Under the pieces are notes generated by a model, which saw nothing but the letters and a program-made list of their open reading frames with translations, was not told where the DNA came from and made no database searches. A stretch of 64,000 bases of DNA, taken from the NCBI RefSeq assembly GCF_964355755.1, contig NC_092673.1:16861648-16925647 (forward strand), written 5' to 3'. The DNA is from Antedon mediterranea. Lineage: Eukaryota > Animalia > Echinodermata. The translations under genes were made by a program, and so were the position numbers. Below, piece by piece: positions 1-10,743 of the stretch. The stretch's first letter is position 1; each line of letters starts with the position of its first letter.

Positions 1-188
1 AAGAATTGGCTTGTATTTTAGAATATTATTTACTTTTGTTTCTCATTGTATTTATTTTGTGGTTTTCAGGACCATACTGATCTCTATTGTTATGCTAAAA
101 ACAAATTAAAACCAAATACACCACCGGACCGTGGTAAAAGTGAGAAAAGGCGTGTTTTTCCTTTTGTGTTGTCGTCCACATCCTTACA
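1..188 (+). repeat. 5' LTR (3' part only)
   Basis: Matches 6060-6247, ends ...CTTACA, and is followed 3 nt later by the PBS. Confidence 0.95.
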
Positions 189-191
189 ATT

Positions 192-209
192 TGGTGTCAG
201 AAGTGGGAT
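192..209 (+). promoter_or_regulatory. Primer binding site complementary to the tRNA-Leu 3' end
   Basis: TGGTGTCAGAAGTGGGAT is the reverse complement of ...ATCCCACTTCTGACACCA, the 3' end of eukaryotic tRNA-Leu(CAA). Confidence 0.85.
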
Positions 210-243
210 CGTGGATCGTATTTGGCTTTAACATTAGAGATCA

Positions 244-1170
244 GTGATGGCAAGCAAGGCATCGTTGCGAGATGTGCAGAGGACGGTTGATGAGCTAAGA
301 GCCGAACTAGAAGCAACTAGGCGTGCTGCCCATGGGAATGGAAACACAGTATATGTTCTCCCAGAGAAGAAGATGAGACACTTTGTGGGAGCCGAAGGGG
401 AATGTGTAGAGTCCTTTGTTGAAGACATCAAGGCAGCTATAAAAGTCAGAAAACTGCGAGGACAGAATGCAGCTGATTTTGTTGTTTCTCACCTAGAAGG
501 CGCCGCACGAAGAGAAATTAGGCATCGTCCACGGGTAGCAGATGACTCGGAGCTAATACTTAGGACCTTACAAGATACCTTTGGCGAGCGGATGTCACTA
601 AATACCATTATGAGGCAGATATATAATGCCATTCAGAAGAGAGGACAATCCATTTCGGATTATGCATTCGTTTTGCTAGGATTTTCAGAGAAGTTGGGTA
701 GAATTCCAAATGCTCCAGATCCTGAACGAACAATTCGAGACCAGTTTTGTGAGGGTTTAGCCGATAGCGTGTTACGAAGAGAGCTGAAAAAGATGTTAAA
801 GGACGATCCAGGTGTTACTTTCTTTAGGTTAAGGGATTGGGCGATGGATATGGAGGAGGAAGATGGCCTTCATCGAAAACCTGTAAAAGCTTATTCTTAC
901 GTCACCGAAGCAGATGATCAGATTTTGAAAACATTAGAAAATCTCTCGCTGGCAGTAAAGATGCAAACGGAGATTACAGAAGACATTCGTAATAAACAGG
1001 AAGAATTCACTAACCGGCTAGAAAAGTTAGAGAACCAATCCAAAGAAAGAACACAGAGAAAATCTACAAGGCGAGACAAATCCACTGTTCAGTGTCACCG
1101 ATGTAAACAGATGGGACATTATGCTAGCGAATGCCCTAGTCCATGTGTAGTATCGAGTTCGGAAAACTAA
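244..1170 (+). CDS. gag: Gag with CCHC zinc knuckle
   Basis: 308 aa ORF after the PBS; CHRCKQMGHYASEC knuckle; capsid-like motifs (HLEGAAR, DQFCEGL). Confidence 0.93.
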   Translation: MMASKASLRDVQRTVDELRAELEATRRAAHGNGNTVYVLPEKKMRHFVGAEGECVESFVEDIKAAIKVRKLRGQNAADFVVSHLEGAARREIRHRPRVADDSELILRTLQDTFGERMSLNTIMRQIYNAIQKRGQSISDYAFVLLGFSEKLGRIPNAPDPERTIRDQFCEGLADSVLRRELKKMLKDDPGVTFFRLRDWAMDMEEEDGLHRKPVKAYSYVTEADDQILKTLENLSLAVKMQTEITEDIRNKQEEFTNRLEKLENQSKERTQRKSTRRDKSTVQCHRCKQMGHYASECPSPCVVSSSEN

Positions 1171-4100
1171 CATCACCCAGCTACAAGAGCCGTGTCCTGG
1201 GTGAGTGTGAGAGTGAAAATGGCTCAGTGGAGCCCAACGTATCTAATTTAATTGGAACCTGTCCAACTGTAAATATCAAACTATTTGGGAGACAAGTGGA
1301 AGCGATACTAGACACCGGTTCTCAAGTTACCACATTGTCTGAAGACTACTTCCATGAACATTTCAACCATATCTCATTGGAAAAGCTAAATTGGCTTACA
1401 ATTCGGGCTGCAAATGGGTCATCTATACCCTATGCAGGTTATTTCATATCCGACATCGAGTTGAACGGAGCGGTTATTTCGAACTGTGGTATACTAGTAG
1501 TAAAGACGTCAACTAGGTTTCCAATGTTATTGGGGATGAATGTCATCAAACACTTCACATCTGACATAGAGAAGCAACTTAATTTTACCAAACCACCAAT
1601 CAATCTGTCGCAAGCCATTCAAGGCTTATTACGAGTTGATATACCAAAAAGCCTAGTCGTTCCACCTACAAGCGCTATTTACGTTCCAGTAACTGGTCCT
1701 ATGTGCTCCGAGAGTGAAGTGCTCATAGAACCAATCGAAAATACTCCGAAAGGACTTGTCACCAGTTGTTCCCTGGCAAGTATAAAGAATGGACGCCTTA
1801 ATGTACAAGTAGTAAATGTAACTGATGAGGTGATATGGCTGAAACCGAGAACACCTGTTGGTAAAGTTCAAACTGTTGTTATGGTCGACGATGGAAGTGT
1901 GTGTATGGACAGAATCAGCGTGGATAGTAATGATGTATATTCTCTATCTCTGGAAACATCCTGTAAAGAACAAGTTTTTAAACAGCTTTGGAATGGACTA
2001 AGCAATGAAGAAGAAAAATCAGCTAAAGCCTTTCTGTTAAAGCATGCAGATATATTTGCTGAAAATGATGAAGACCTTGGCCATACAGATAAAGTAAAGC
2101 ACCCCATTCAACTTTCCGATGAAACTCCAATCAAACAGCCATATCGGCGCATACCACCATCACAATTGGAAGAAGTACGAGAGCATATTAGGAAGTTGCT
2201 GAAGAAAAATGTTATTCGAGAGAGTACCAGTCCGTTTGCCTCGCCAATTGTTCTTGTTCGTAAACCAGATGGTTCATTAAGATTGTGCGTTGATTATCGC
2301 CAGTTAAATAAGAAGACAATCAAAGATAGTTATCCCATTCCACGTATTGATGAGTCTTTGGATGCTCTTCATGGCGCTAAATGGTTCACTTCAATTGACT
2401 TAATTTCCGGTTATCATCAGATAGAAATGGAAGACAAAGACAGAATAAAAACCAGTTTCACTACTCCTTTTGGATTATTTGAATATAACCGTATGCCATT
2501 TGGACTGTGCAACGCTCCTGGCACTTTTCAACGACTTATGCAAGCCTGTCTTCGTGATCAATTTTTCAAATCCGTTTTGTGTTATTTAGATGACATACTG
2601 ATTTATTCTAGTAGTTTTGAGGATCATCTAGAACACCTTGATGTTGTTTTCAATCGACTACGAGAATTTGGACTGAAGATAAAACCAAGTAAATGTGACT
2701 TATTTTGTCCAAAAGTTAAATATCTAGGACATATTGTAACCAGAGATGGAGTTGCAGCAGATCCAGAAAAGCTGACTGCAGTAAAAGATTGGCCTGTACC
2801 TTCCACTGTGAAAGAGTTGCGTTCATTTTTAGGTTTTTGTTCGTTTTACCGACGATTTGTACCTGGTTTCTCGCAGATAGCTGGACCTCTACACAACCTA
2901 GTTGCAGAGTCTTTGAAAGAGATTAAGGAGAAGAAATTTGTTAATTTTAAATGGAGGCCCAAACACCAAAGTGCATTTGAGGTGTTGAAGACCAAGCTCT
3001 GTTCAGAACCAGTACTTGCTTATGCAGATTTTACCTTGCCTTTCGAAGTAGAAATAGATGCATCATTTATTGGGTTGGGAGCGGTGTTGTCACAAGTACA
3101 GGATGGGAAAAGACGTGTAATCGCATATGCAAGCCGAACGTTACGAGGTGCAGAACGAAATATGAAAAAGTATTCTAGTATGAAGCTGGAGATGCTGGGA
3201 ATGAAGTGGGCAATTTCAGACAAGTTTCGTGATTATCTTTTAGGAAACAAATTTATTGTGTTTACAGACAATAATCCGTTGGCTCACCTTAACTCTGCCA
3301 AGTTAGATGCAGTTAGTCAGCGATGGATTAGCGAGTTGTCATCTTTTAATTTTGAAGTTCATTACAAGCCGGGGAAAAACAATCAAGCAGCAGACGCTCT
3401 ATCTCGAAGAGCTCACAGAGAAGACCCCGTTATAACTTCCGAAGACTTCCGACAGACAGCTGGAATGACCAGTCTCCCTGAATGTTTAGCTAATCACAAT
3501 TCCAGTTCTATAAACATCCAAACACATGTACAAGCACTCAAGGCGGTACCCGTATTTCCTGGCTACGACAACCAACAGCTGGCTGAATTTCAACGGAAAG
3601 ATTCATCCATTGCAAGACTTTGGCACTACATTAGTCTCAACCGTAAACCTAACCCTGACGAGAGAAGCAATGAAACCGAGGAAGTTCGACTACTTCTACG
3701 ACAGTTAGATCGTATACAAGTCAGAGATGATCTACTTTACCGAGTGAGTGCTGATGGCGACCAGTGGCAATTCATTCTACCTGACGTATTAAGAGAAGAT
3801 GTCATGAAAGCCTGTCATGATCAAACAGGTCACCAAGGAGCAAACCGAACTTTAGGTTTAATACGCAAACGTTGTTTCTGGCCGAAGATGTATGAGAACA
3901 TAACTTCATGGTGTGAACAGTGTGACCGATGTTCAAAGGCTAAAGTTGGTCCTAAAGTCCGGGAACCGTTAAGAAGTATCGTCGCTTCAAAACCAAATGA
4001 AGTTGTTGCTGTTGACTTTACTTTACTTGAGAAGGACTCTACCGGAAAAGAAAACGTGCTCGTGATCACCGATGTCTTCTCCAAGTACACATTAGCTGTT

Positions 4101-5087
4101 GCAACCAAAAACCAAACCGCAGAGACAACAGCAAAGATACTGGTAAGGGAATGGTTCACCAAGTTTGGTATTCCTCAAAGACTCCACTCCGACCAGGGAC
4201 GGAATTTTGAATCTTCACTTATTCGTTCACTTTGTACAATGTATGGAGTAACCAAGACAAGAACAACACCGTACCATCCTGAGGGAAACGGACAAGCAGA
4301 ACGATTCAACAGAACTCTGCATGATCTATTGAAATCACTACCATGCAATCAGAAACGAAGATGGTCCGAACATTTGCCTGAAGTACTTTATGCCTACAAT
4401 GTAGCTGAACATTCATCAACTGGCTTTTCTCCATTCTTCTTGATGTTTGGAAGACAACCTAAACTACCTATCGATTTTCTGTTAAATAACCACCCAGAAC
4501 AAATAGTAGCGGTACCTGAAGAGATAAATGATTGGTTAGCCTCGAGTATGGAAACCATGAAGATGACGTATGAGAAAGCAGGGGAGCGTCTCAAACAGGA
4601 AGCAGAGAACCGGAAGAAGATCTACGACCAGAAAGCTAAAGAGAAACCGTTGGCAACGGGTACAAAAGTCTTTACCAAGTCGCATCCACTAGGGAGACAC
4701 AAGATTGCTGATGAATGGGACCCAGCAATTTTTGAAATTATATCCAGACCTGGAGGTAACACTTCTTACACTGTTAAACGTGCAGATGGTACTGGTGGAG
4801 AGAGAACTGTTCATCGTCGCGAAATAAAACCATGTCCTTTGGTGTACCAACAACCAGAGCAAGAAAATCAACAACCAATGTCCTATGTGTTCGGTAACTC
4901 GCAGTCCGATTCTGATGGCGTTAGTTCAGACGATACACCTCGACGCAGCATCCGACTAAGGAAGAAGTTTAATCAAAGATGTCAATCAGTACATGGATCC
5001 AATGATATGCTCAACCAACGTCTAGTTAATATTAATGATATTTTGATAAGTGTGCGTACCAAATGTAAAATGTTTCTGCATATTTAG
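1143..5087 (+). CDS. pol: Pol polyprotein (protease, RT, RNase H, integrase), probably made by -1 frameshift from gag
   Basis: LDTGS protease; RMPFGL and YLDD RT motifs; DAS/TDNNPL RNase H; H-H-CEQC plus VDF/SDQG/AERFN integrase. Lies in the -1 frame relative to gag. Confidence 0.96.
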   Translation: MCSIEFGKLTSPSYKSRVLGECESENGSVEPNVSNLIGTCPTVNIKLFGRQVEAILDTGSQVTTLSEDYFHEHFNHISLEKLNWLTIRAANGSSIPYAGYFISDIELNGAVISNCGILVVKTSTRFPMLLGMNVIKHFTSDIEKQLNFTKPPINLSQAIQGLLRVDIPKSLVVPPTSAIYVPVTGPMCSESEVLIEPIENTPKGLVTSCSLASIKNGRLNVQVVNVTDEVIWLKPRTPVGKVQTVVMVDDGSVCMDRISVDSNDVYSLSLETSCKEQVFKQLWNGLSNEEEKSAKAFLLKHADIFAENDEDLGHTDKVKHPIQLSDETPIKQPYRRIPPSQLEEVREHIRKLLKKNVIRESTSPFASPIVLVRKPDGSLRLCVDYRQLNKKTIKDSYPIPRIDESLDALHGAKWFTSIDLISGYHQIEMEDKDRIKTSFTTPFGLFEYNRMPFGLCNAPGTFQRLMQACLRDQFFKSVLCYLDDILIYSSSFEDHLEHLDVVFNRLREFGLKIKPSKCDLFCPKVKYLGHIVTRDGVAADPEKLTAVKDWPVPSTVKELRSFLGFCSFYRRFVPGFSQIAGPLHNLVAESLKEIKEKKFVNFKWRPKHQSAFEVLKTKLCSEPVLAYADFTLPFEVEIDASFIGLGAVLSQVQDGKRRVIAYASRTLRGAERNMKKYSSMKLEMLGMKWAISDKFRDYLLGNKFIVFTDNNPLAHLNSAKLDAVSQRWISELSSFNFEVHYKPGKNNQAADALSRRAHREDPVITSEDFRQTAGMTSLPECLANHNSSSINIQTHVQALKAVPVFPGYDNQQLAEFQRKDSSIARLWHYISLNRKPNPDERSNETEEVRLLLRQLDRIQVRDDLLYRVSADGDQWQFILPDVLREDVMKACHDQTGHQGANRTLGLIRKRCFWPKMYENITSWCEQCDRCSKAKVGPKVREPLRSIVASKPNEVVAVDFTLLEKDSTGKENVLVITDVFSKYTLAVATKNQTAETTAKILVREWFTKFGIPQRLHSDQGRNFESSLIRSLCTMYGVTKTRTTPYHPEGNGQAERFNRTLHDLLKSLPCNQKRRWSEHLPEVLYAYNVAEHSSTGFSPFFLMFGRQPKLPIDFLLNNHPEQIVAVPEEINDWLASSMETMKMTYEKAGERLKQEAENRKKIYDQKAKEKPLATGTKVFTKSHPLGRHKIADEWDPAIFEIISRPGGNTSYTVKRADGTGGERTVHRREIKPCPLVYQQPEQENQQPMSYVFGNSQSDSDGVSSDDTPRRSIRLRKKFNQRCQSVHGSNDMLNQRLVNINDILISVRTKCKMFLHI

Positions 5088-5139
5088 TGTAATCTTACAT
5101 TTTATTTCATAATATTAAGTTTGAGGACAAACTCGGCTT

Positions 5140-5150
5140 AAACAGGGGAG
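5140..5150 (+). promoter_or_regulatory. Polypurine tract
   Basis: AAACAGGGGAG immediately before the TGT start of the 3' LTR. Confidence 0.8.
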
Positions 5151-6247
5151 TGTGGGGATTAATCTAATCATGTGATAATTAAATACTGCCCCCTATAGGT
5201 GTTGCTGCCCCCTATAATTGTAACAGTCTTTTTCAAATGATTTGCTTTCTTTTGTATTCATGAACCGGTCAAGGAAGCAGATAGTTTTGTCTCTTACTTA
5301 ATTAAAGATCTGATTAAAAGGTAATTACTCTACTTTATACATATATTACTTTGTTATACATTTATAAGATTCTGTTATGTTTAAGAAACATTAATGTTGT
5401 ATTTTAAGATGATTGCATTCATAGGCCTAGACATTTGTTTTGGGTTAACCTTGACTCATGGAATGTGCAGTTAGGAAGCCTATTGAATAGTATTGTGTTA
5501 CAATCTTTGAACTAGGATTTTATGCCATATAATGTTATAATATATACTTTTGTGATAAACCTTCTTTGTATTAACAAAATATGTTTAGATAGATTTAGTA
5601 ATGTTTAGTTTATAGAAGATAGTTTCTAGTTAACAGTTTGTATAAAATAGTTCATCCTACAGTTCACACTTGATTAATTTGTACACACGAGGCTACCATG
5701 CTCGTGATAGATCGTCATGTAGTGCGCCCTCTATTTATCATACAAAATGGCTGCGCCCATGGATTTGTTATTGTTTATATATTTTACACAAACCTAAGAT
5801 TATAACTCCTTGATTCAATGAATAGACTAAGTTTAGTATTCAAATAGTGTGAGTAAATTCCAACATGCATTTGTTCTAGTAATATAATAGTAATATTCAG
5901 GCACTTATGATGCAATTGTGTAGGTAATTAATTAGGTATTTGTATACTCTAACAAAGTATACAGAGGCTGTTTAGGTAGACGTGCCGTTTGACGTAATAG
6001 TCGCAGTCCTCAGAGAGAATCCTTTTTATTAGAGTCGCCTGTTAGTTGAGGTCGTTACTAAGAATTGGCTTGTATTTTAGAATATTATTTACTTTTGTTT
6101 CTCATTGTATTTATTTTGTGGTTTTCAGGACCATACTGATCTCTATTGTTATGCTAAAAACAAATTAAAACCAAATACACCACCGGACCGTGGTAAAAGT
6201 GAGAAAAGGCGTGTTTTTCCTTTTGTGTTGTCGTCCACATCCTTACA
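5151..6247 (+). repeat. 3' LTR (~1097 bp, TG...CA)
   Basis: Starts TGTGGG after the PPT and ends CTTACA; last 188 bp match 1-188. Confidence 0.9.
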
Positions 6248-7767
6248 TAAATATATTATTTTATCCAAGGGGTTGCAAACACAAGTGTTCACATGTCTTG
6301 TTAAGTATTGCACCTTTGTCCTGTCCTGTAAACGAGCTTCGCTCTTACGGTTATCCATCCATATAAGTTGTTCATCTCTTATGTTCAGAAATTGAAATGG
6401 TAAATAAACTGAAACTGAAACTGTGCTTATGTGGTACAGGTTGACGAGCCAGGAATGATGGTAGTGCCAGTATACCGTGTAGTTTAGCCTCAAGGCAATA
6501 CAATGTAGCTGGAGTAGCTTGGACAAATACAGTAGAGATTTATGAGACTTGGTGTGTGATGATTCAGTATGATAAATTTGTGCTGTGAAAGACAAAATTG
6601 TAGAATTAGGAAGAAAATATTGTAAAATATAACAAGGAAATTATACTATAGTATAATTAAGGGGTAACCGTATAATACATAATTAATAGTAATAAAGGCA
6701 ATGGCAATTACTTATATTATGTATACATTACAATATTACAAATAAATTCATATATTATTTTATTTATGATAAGGAAATCTGTTTTAGAGTGAGAAAAAGC
6801 CGTCCCAACCCAGATTTGAACCCAGCTATCAATAAAGCTATAAAACAAAATAGACCATATTGTAGCCGGACTGGGTAGCGTAGACTTACTTGAGGCCTAG
6901 GCATAGTACGATTAGCAAGAAGGATACAGGTCAACCCGTACCCATGCCATGCCAACACGCTCGTACCGAAATTTTGGTTTACATATATCCAAAATTTTGG
7001 CTTACTCGTACCCATCATGGGCTGCCTAGTAGTAGTAGTAGTAGCCTAGCCTAAGGCAGCAGGCCCGGCCCTAGCCTACTACAACTTAAGTCTAGGCCTA
7101 GCCTAGTACTAGTAGGCCTCTAGGCCTAGCCTAGGCCCTAGAAGTTAACATCATACATACGCCCTAGAGCCTAGTAGTAGCTACCTACTACTCACTAGCT
7201 AGGCCTAGGTAGTAGCAGTAGTAGTTATTGTAGTAGTATTATTGTATTGTAGTATTAGTTGTAGCTGTCCGGTGATCCTAGGCTAGGCCTAGTACGTAGT
7301 TATTCTTCAACAGTCACACAATTCAGATTCTGCCGGCCGCTGATTGCTAGTGAACAGGGGGAGGGAGAGAAAGAGTTAGAAGAACTGAAATAAGCCGTGA
7401 CGTATAATAAAAATCATACAAAATAATAATATAACTAACGAATCCGTATAATATAATAATGTTGTATGTTATAAAGTAAAGTAAATGCGTTTAATATAAT
7501 ACAATTATATTATAATATAATGTATTTTATTAATAATATAATATTAAATGTTCATAATATAATGCTAAAACCAAATAATATAATACAAAAAGTCAATAAT
7601 TTGTTACATTTTTCACATAATATATTAGAAATAGATATAATATAATGCTAAAACCAAGTAATATAATGCAAAACGTATAATTCATTACAATACAATATAT
7701 AATATAATAAAAAAATGATATAATAATATAATATTTTGAATACTTCAGACAGCTGAGGCTTGCCATA
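6248..7767. mobile_element. Outer part of one arm of a second foldback-element copy, interrupted by the Gypsy element
   Basis: Near-identical to 16389-17990 (direct) and ~10744-12333 (inverted), with two small deletions; same terminus ...GCTTGCCATA. Confidence 0.88.
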
Positions 7768-7813
7768 ATGGGGTATAACCTGCATGCACTGATTAACCAC
7801 ATTAGGCTAAAAA

Positions 7814-9198
7814 CTAGATTTGAACTCGTCACTTTGACGAGTTAGTTATCCGCACGACAAACGGCACGCGCACGTCATACGTTGGAATTTTGCACACGGA
7901 AAAAGATTATGGCATTATGACCTGAATTTAAGAATATCATATGCTGTTAGTGCTGAATTCTGTCAATTTTGTGTCATATAGTATATACAGTGCAAACGGT
8001 ATAATCTGTATACATGTTACATACAGTGTAGAATAGGTGAAATTACGGGACCCCACGTTTATTCTTATTTTTAACATGGCGACGGTATCAAAATGAAACA
8101 CTAAGATAGCAATTTCGGAAAGACATTATCTCAGCAACCACATATTAATGTGTAGAAGAAATTTGAGTACGTAAAATATAGATGTGCAGCCTTTTAAATG
8201 TGATGAACTATTACGCGAAATATGAAAATACGACTTTTTTTATTCAACTGGCCACATGATGACGTCACAACATCCGATTGGAAAAATGTTTGACGTCATA
8301 AAAATTAAAATATGTTTAACTCAAGTGAAAGATAGTTGATTGACCTAGATAATATAAAAATCGGGGTGAAAATGGAAAACAGATAATTGGAGATGCGCTC
8401 TATTAAATGTGATGAGCTATGATGAAAGATACAAAAATCCTATATTTTATATTCGCGTGGCCCCACGATGACGTCACAATGTCCGGTTAGCCATATTAAT
8501 GCATGATCCAATATCTACAATTCATCAACTTCCAGAATATGTAATAAAAACAACTTTCACCGTTTAGTTTAGGAACTACGACTGTTTAAAAAAAGGCATA
8601 ATTTTGAAGAATTTTTGAACTTTTTCATCAAAAACCTGGGCAAATTATCAAATTCTACGTGCTCGTATGACATGATTTTAAGTCGAAATTGTTTAAAAAT
8701 TGGTAAAATTACTAGAAAAGGCTGGAAAAACATAAATCGTGAGAAAAAATATTTTCTCTTGCGCTACGTGCGCACGCGCGCGTAAAAAAATTGCTCGCGC
8801 TTGGGAATTTTTTAAATGCTTAAAATGACATGAAACGCATAGAAAGTTGATTAGAAATTGATTTTTCGCATTTTCAAATTTTAAATGCGCGTGCCATTTT
8901 TTTTCTACATACAGTTAGCGCAAGATATAAATTAAACTTTTGCTAAGTTTCAATTTAAATTGTTGAATGGTTTTTGATCTATGTTAAAAACGCGAAATTC
9001 ATAAAAACGCACGTAAGTCACATTGCGCAACTCTGACGTCATTCAAAAATAGGAGGTGCACAACTTCACGTGAATGCCCATATGTCGACAAAGTTATGAA
9101 ATGTTATGTTAACACGTTTTAGAGATATGCTCTGCACAAAAAGTGAGAGAGAAAGACCGAAGAATAATGTGAAAAACTAGATTTGAACTCGTCACTTT
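7814..9198 (-). mobile_element. Non-autonomous Helentron-type element (HINE) plus the truncated end of a second one
   Basis: CTAG terminus next to an A/T run, ACTCGTCA-ctt-TGACGAGT hairpin and GTTATCCGC subterminal repeat; same family as the 20.3-33.7 kb array. Confidence 0.8.
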
Positions 9199-9455
9199 AT
9201 AGAAAAATAGAAACTTTTTTCAAAAAATTACCATAAATTAAGCTTTTTTGACCCTTGACCTCTAATGTTTGAATATGTCAATATCTCGGTAACTATTTGT
9301 CCTAAAAAGTTCAGTTTGGTGTCAAATTGTTTAGATATACACATTTATATTTGCTGTAACAAAATATTTTGTCAGAATTCAATTGGAAATGTCATTTTGA
9401 GCTATGACCCATCGTTTTGCATATAATAGCAATTAATAATCTATAAAAAGAGATC

Positions 9456-9711
9456 GAGAGAGGGGAGGGGGTTGGGGTGGATGGAGAGACACATATTTTT
9501 GTTACATGTTACACAAATGTTAAACTCTGTCTACACTATAACATTTTTATGCGACAAAAAAATGTGATGTGCCCATATATGGACACGATGAATGACATAT
9601 CACTACCATATTTGGGCACATCACACCTTTTTTGTTAAACTAGTTTATAGTGTAGACAAACATGTAAAAAATATGTTTCTCTCCATCACCCCAACCACCT
9701 CCCCCTCTCTC
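9456..9711. repeat. Palindromic MITE-like sequence with an inner ~140-bp MITE (~9523-9662)
   Basis: TGTCTACACTATA...TATAGTGTAGACA inverted pair, flanked by inverted G-rich (9456-9500) and C-rich (9666-9711) arms. Confidence 0.55.
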
Positions 9712-10329
9712 GCTTTTCCAATGCTACTGCATGCATCTATACACATCAAAATGACCGGAATTGTACTGGAAAGTTTTTAGCTACATTTGAAAATAAGTCC
9801 CAGAGGATGGGTGTATTGTAATGTTATCAGAATTATGGCAATTGTTTGTAGTGGGAAAGTTTTAAAACTACATTTGAAATATTTGCTAATAATATCACAT
9901 GCTATTAAAGATATACTTATTTTCCCCCTGACAAAAGTAATTTTGACAAATATTTTGGTTGAATATGCAATTTTAATGTCACACATAATAGTTTCACCAA
10001 AAATTGGATTGAAAAAAAATGATATAGTGCATACCCAAAAAAACTGTAATTCAAAGCAAAAAATAGGCTGGAAGTCAATAGTGGGGTTCACATGGAACTA
10101 TGTCTAGAAGAAGTGGATTTAACAATTTTCTACTAACTGGACTAACCTTGACAAATCCCGTTCTTTGGTACAATTACCGGTATGTCTAGTTAATTAAATT
10201 TCATAAAATCCTGGTATTGGAGATTTTAAATGCTATTTTATGTAAAAAAAAAATCATCTATTTCTTTTATTTATCCCGATGTTGTTTACTTTTAACTTCT
10301 GATTACAAACAATTGGTCATTTTACTTTC

Positions 10330-10670
10330 TGTGTTAAATTTTGTATTCTATTTTTCAGTATAGTAAATATTTTAGGCCTACCATCTTCTAATATCTATTA
10401 GACCTCTGTCCTCGTCAGACATAGTTCATTTAATTTTTTAGGACATTTTATGGGGTACACAATGAAGAATGACCATATTCTTTGCAATTCAAATGTTAAA
10501 TATGAAAATGAAATGGGTTAAAAAATTCTTCAATTTCATTGGTGCAAATGAGGCTAAAGGCCACCCGCTGGGTTGTTAATTGGATTACCCTCATAAAATA
10601 ACTGGCTATCCTTGGATTTACTTCTAAATCCAAGCAGCAATAATTGTCCAGAAAAAAAACATCATCCGGA
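10330..10670 (-). pseudogene. Decayed RTE-like LINE, 3' portion
   Basis: Degenerate RT C-terminal-like motifs on the minus strand (FLGQ-like, RRW-like); appears to continue the 18010-18900 fragment across the foldback insertion. Boundaries approximate. Confidence 0.45.
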
Positions 10671-10743
10671 CATAATTGAGCGTTCACATCCAAATTATGG
10701 TGAGATCATGTAGATAATCTACTTAAATTAACTAGCCATAGTT

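Larger units (their letters stand above)
1..6247 (+). mobile_element. Ty3/Gypsy LTR retrotransposon, apparently intact; 5' LTR truncated by the window edge
   Basis: LTR-PBS-gag-pol-PPT-LTR layout; pol domain order PR-RT-RH-IN; 1-188 identical to 6060-6247. Confidence 0.97.

Noticed and set aside
46-6395. ORFs 46-231 and 6105-6395
   Set aside because: Chance frames in the LTR running into different flanks.
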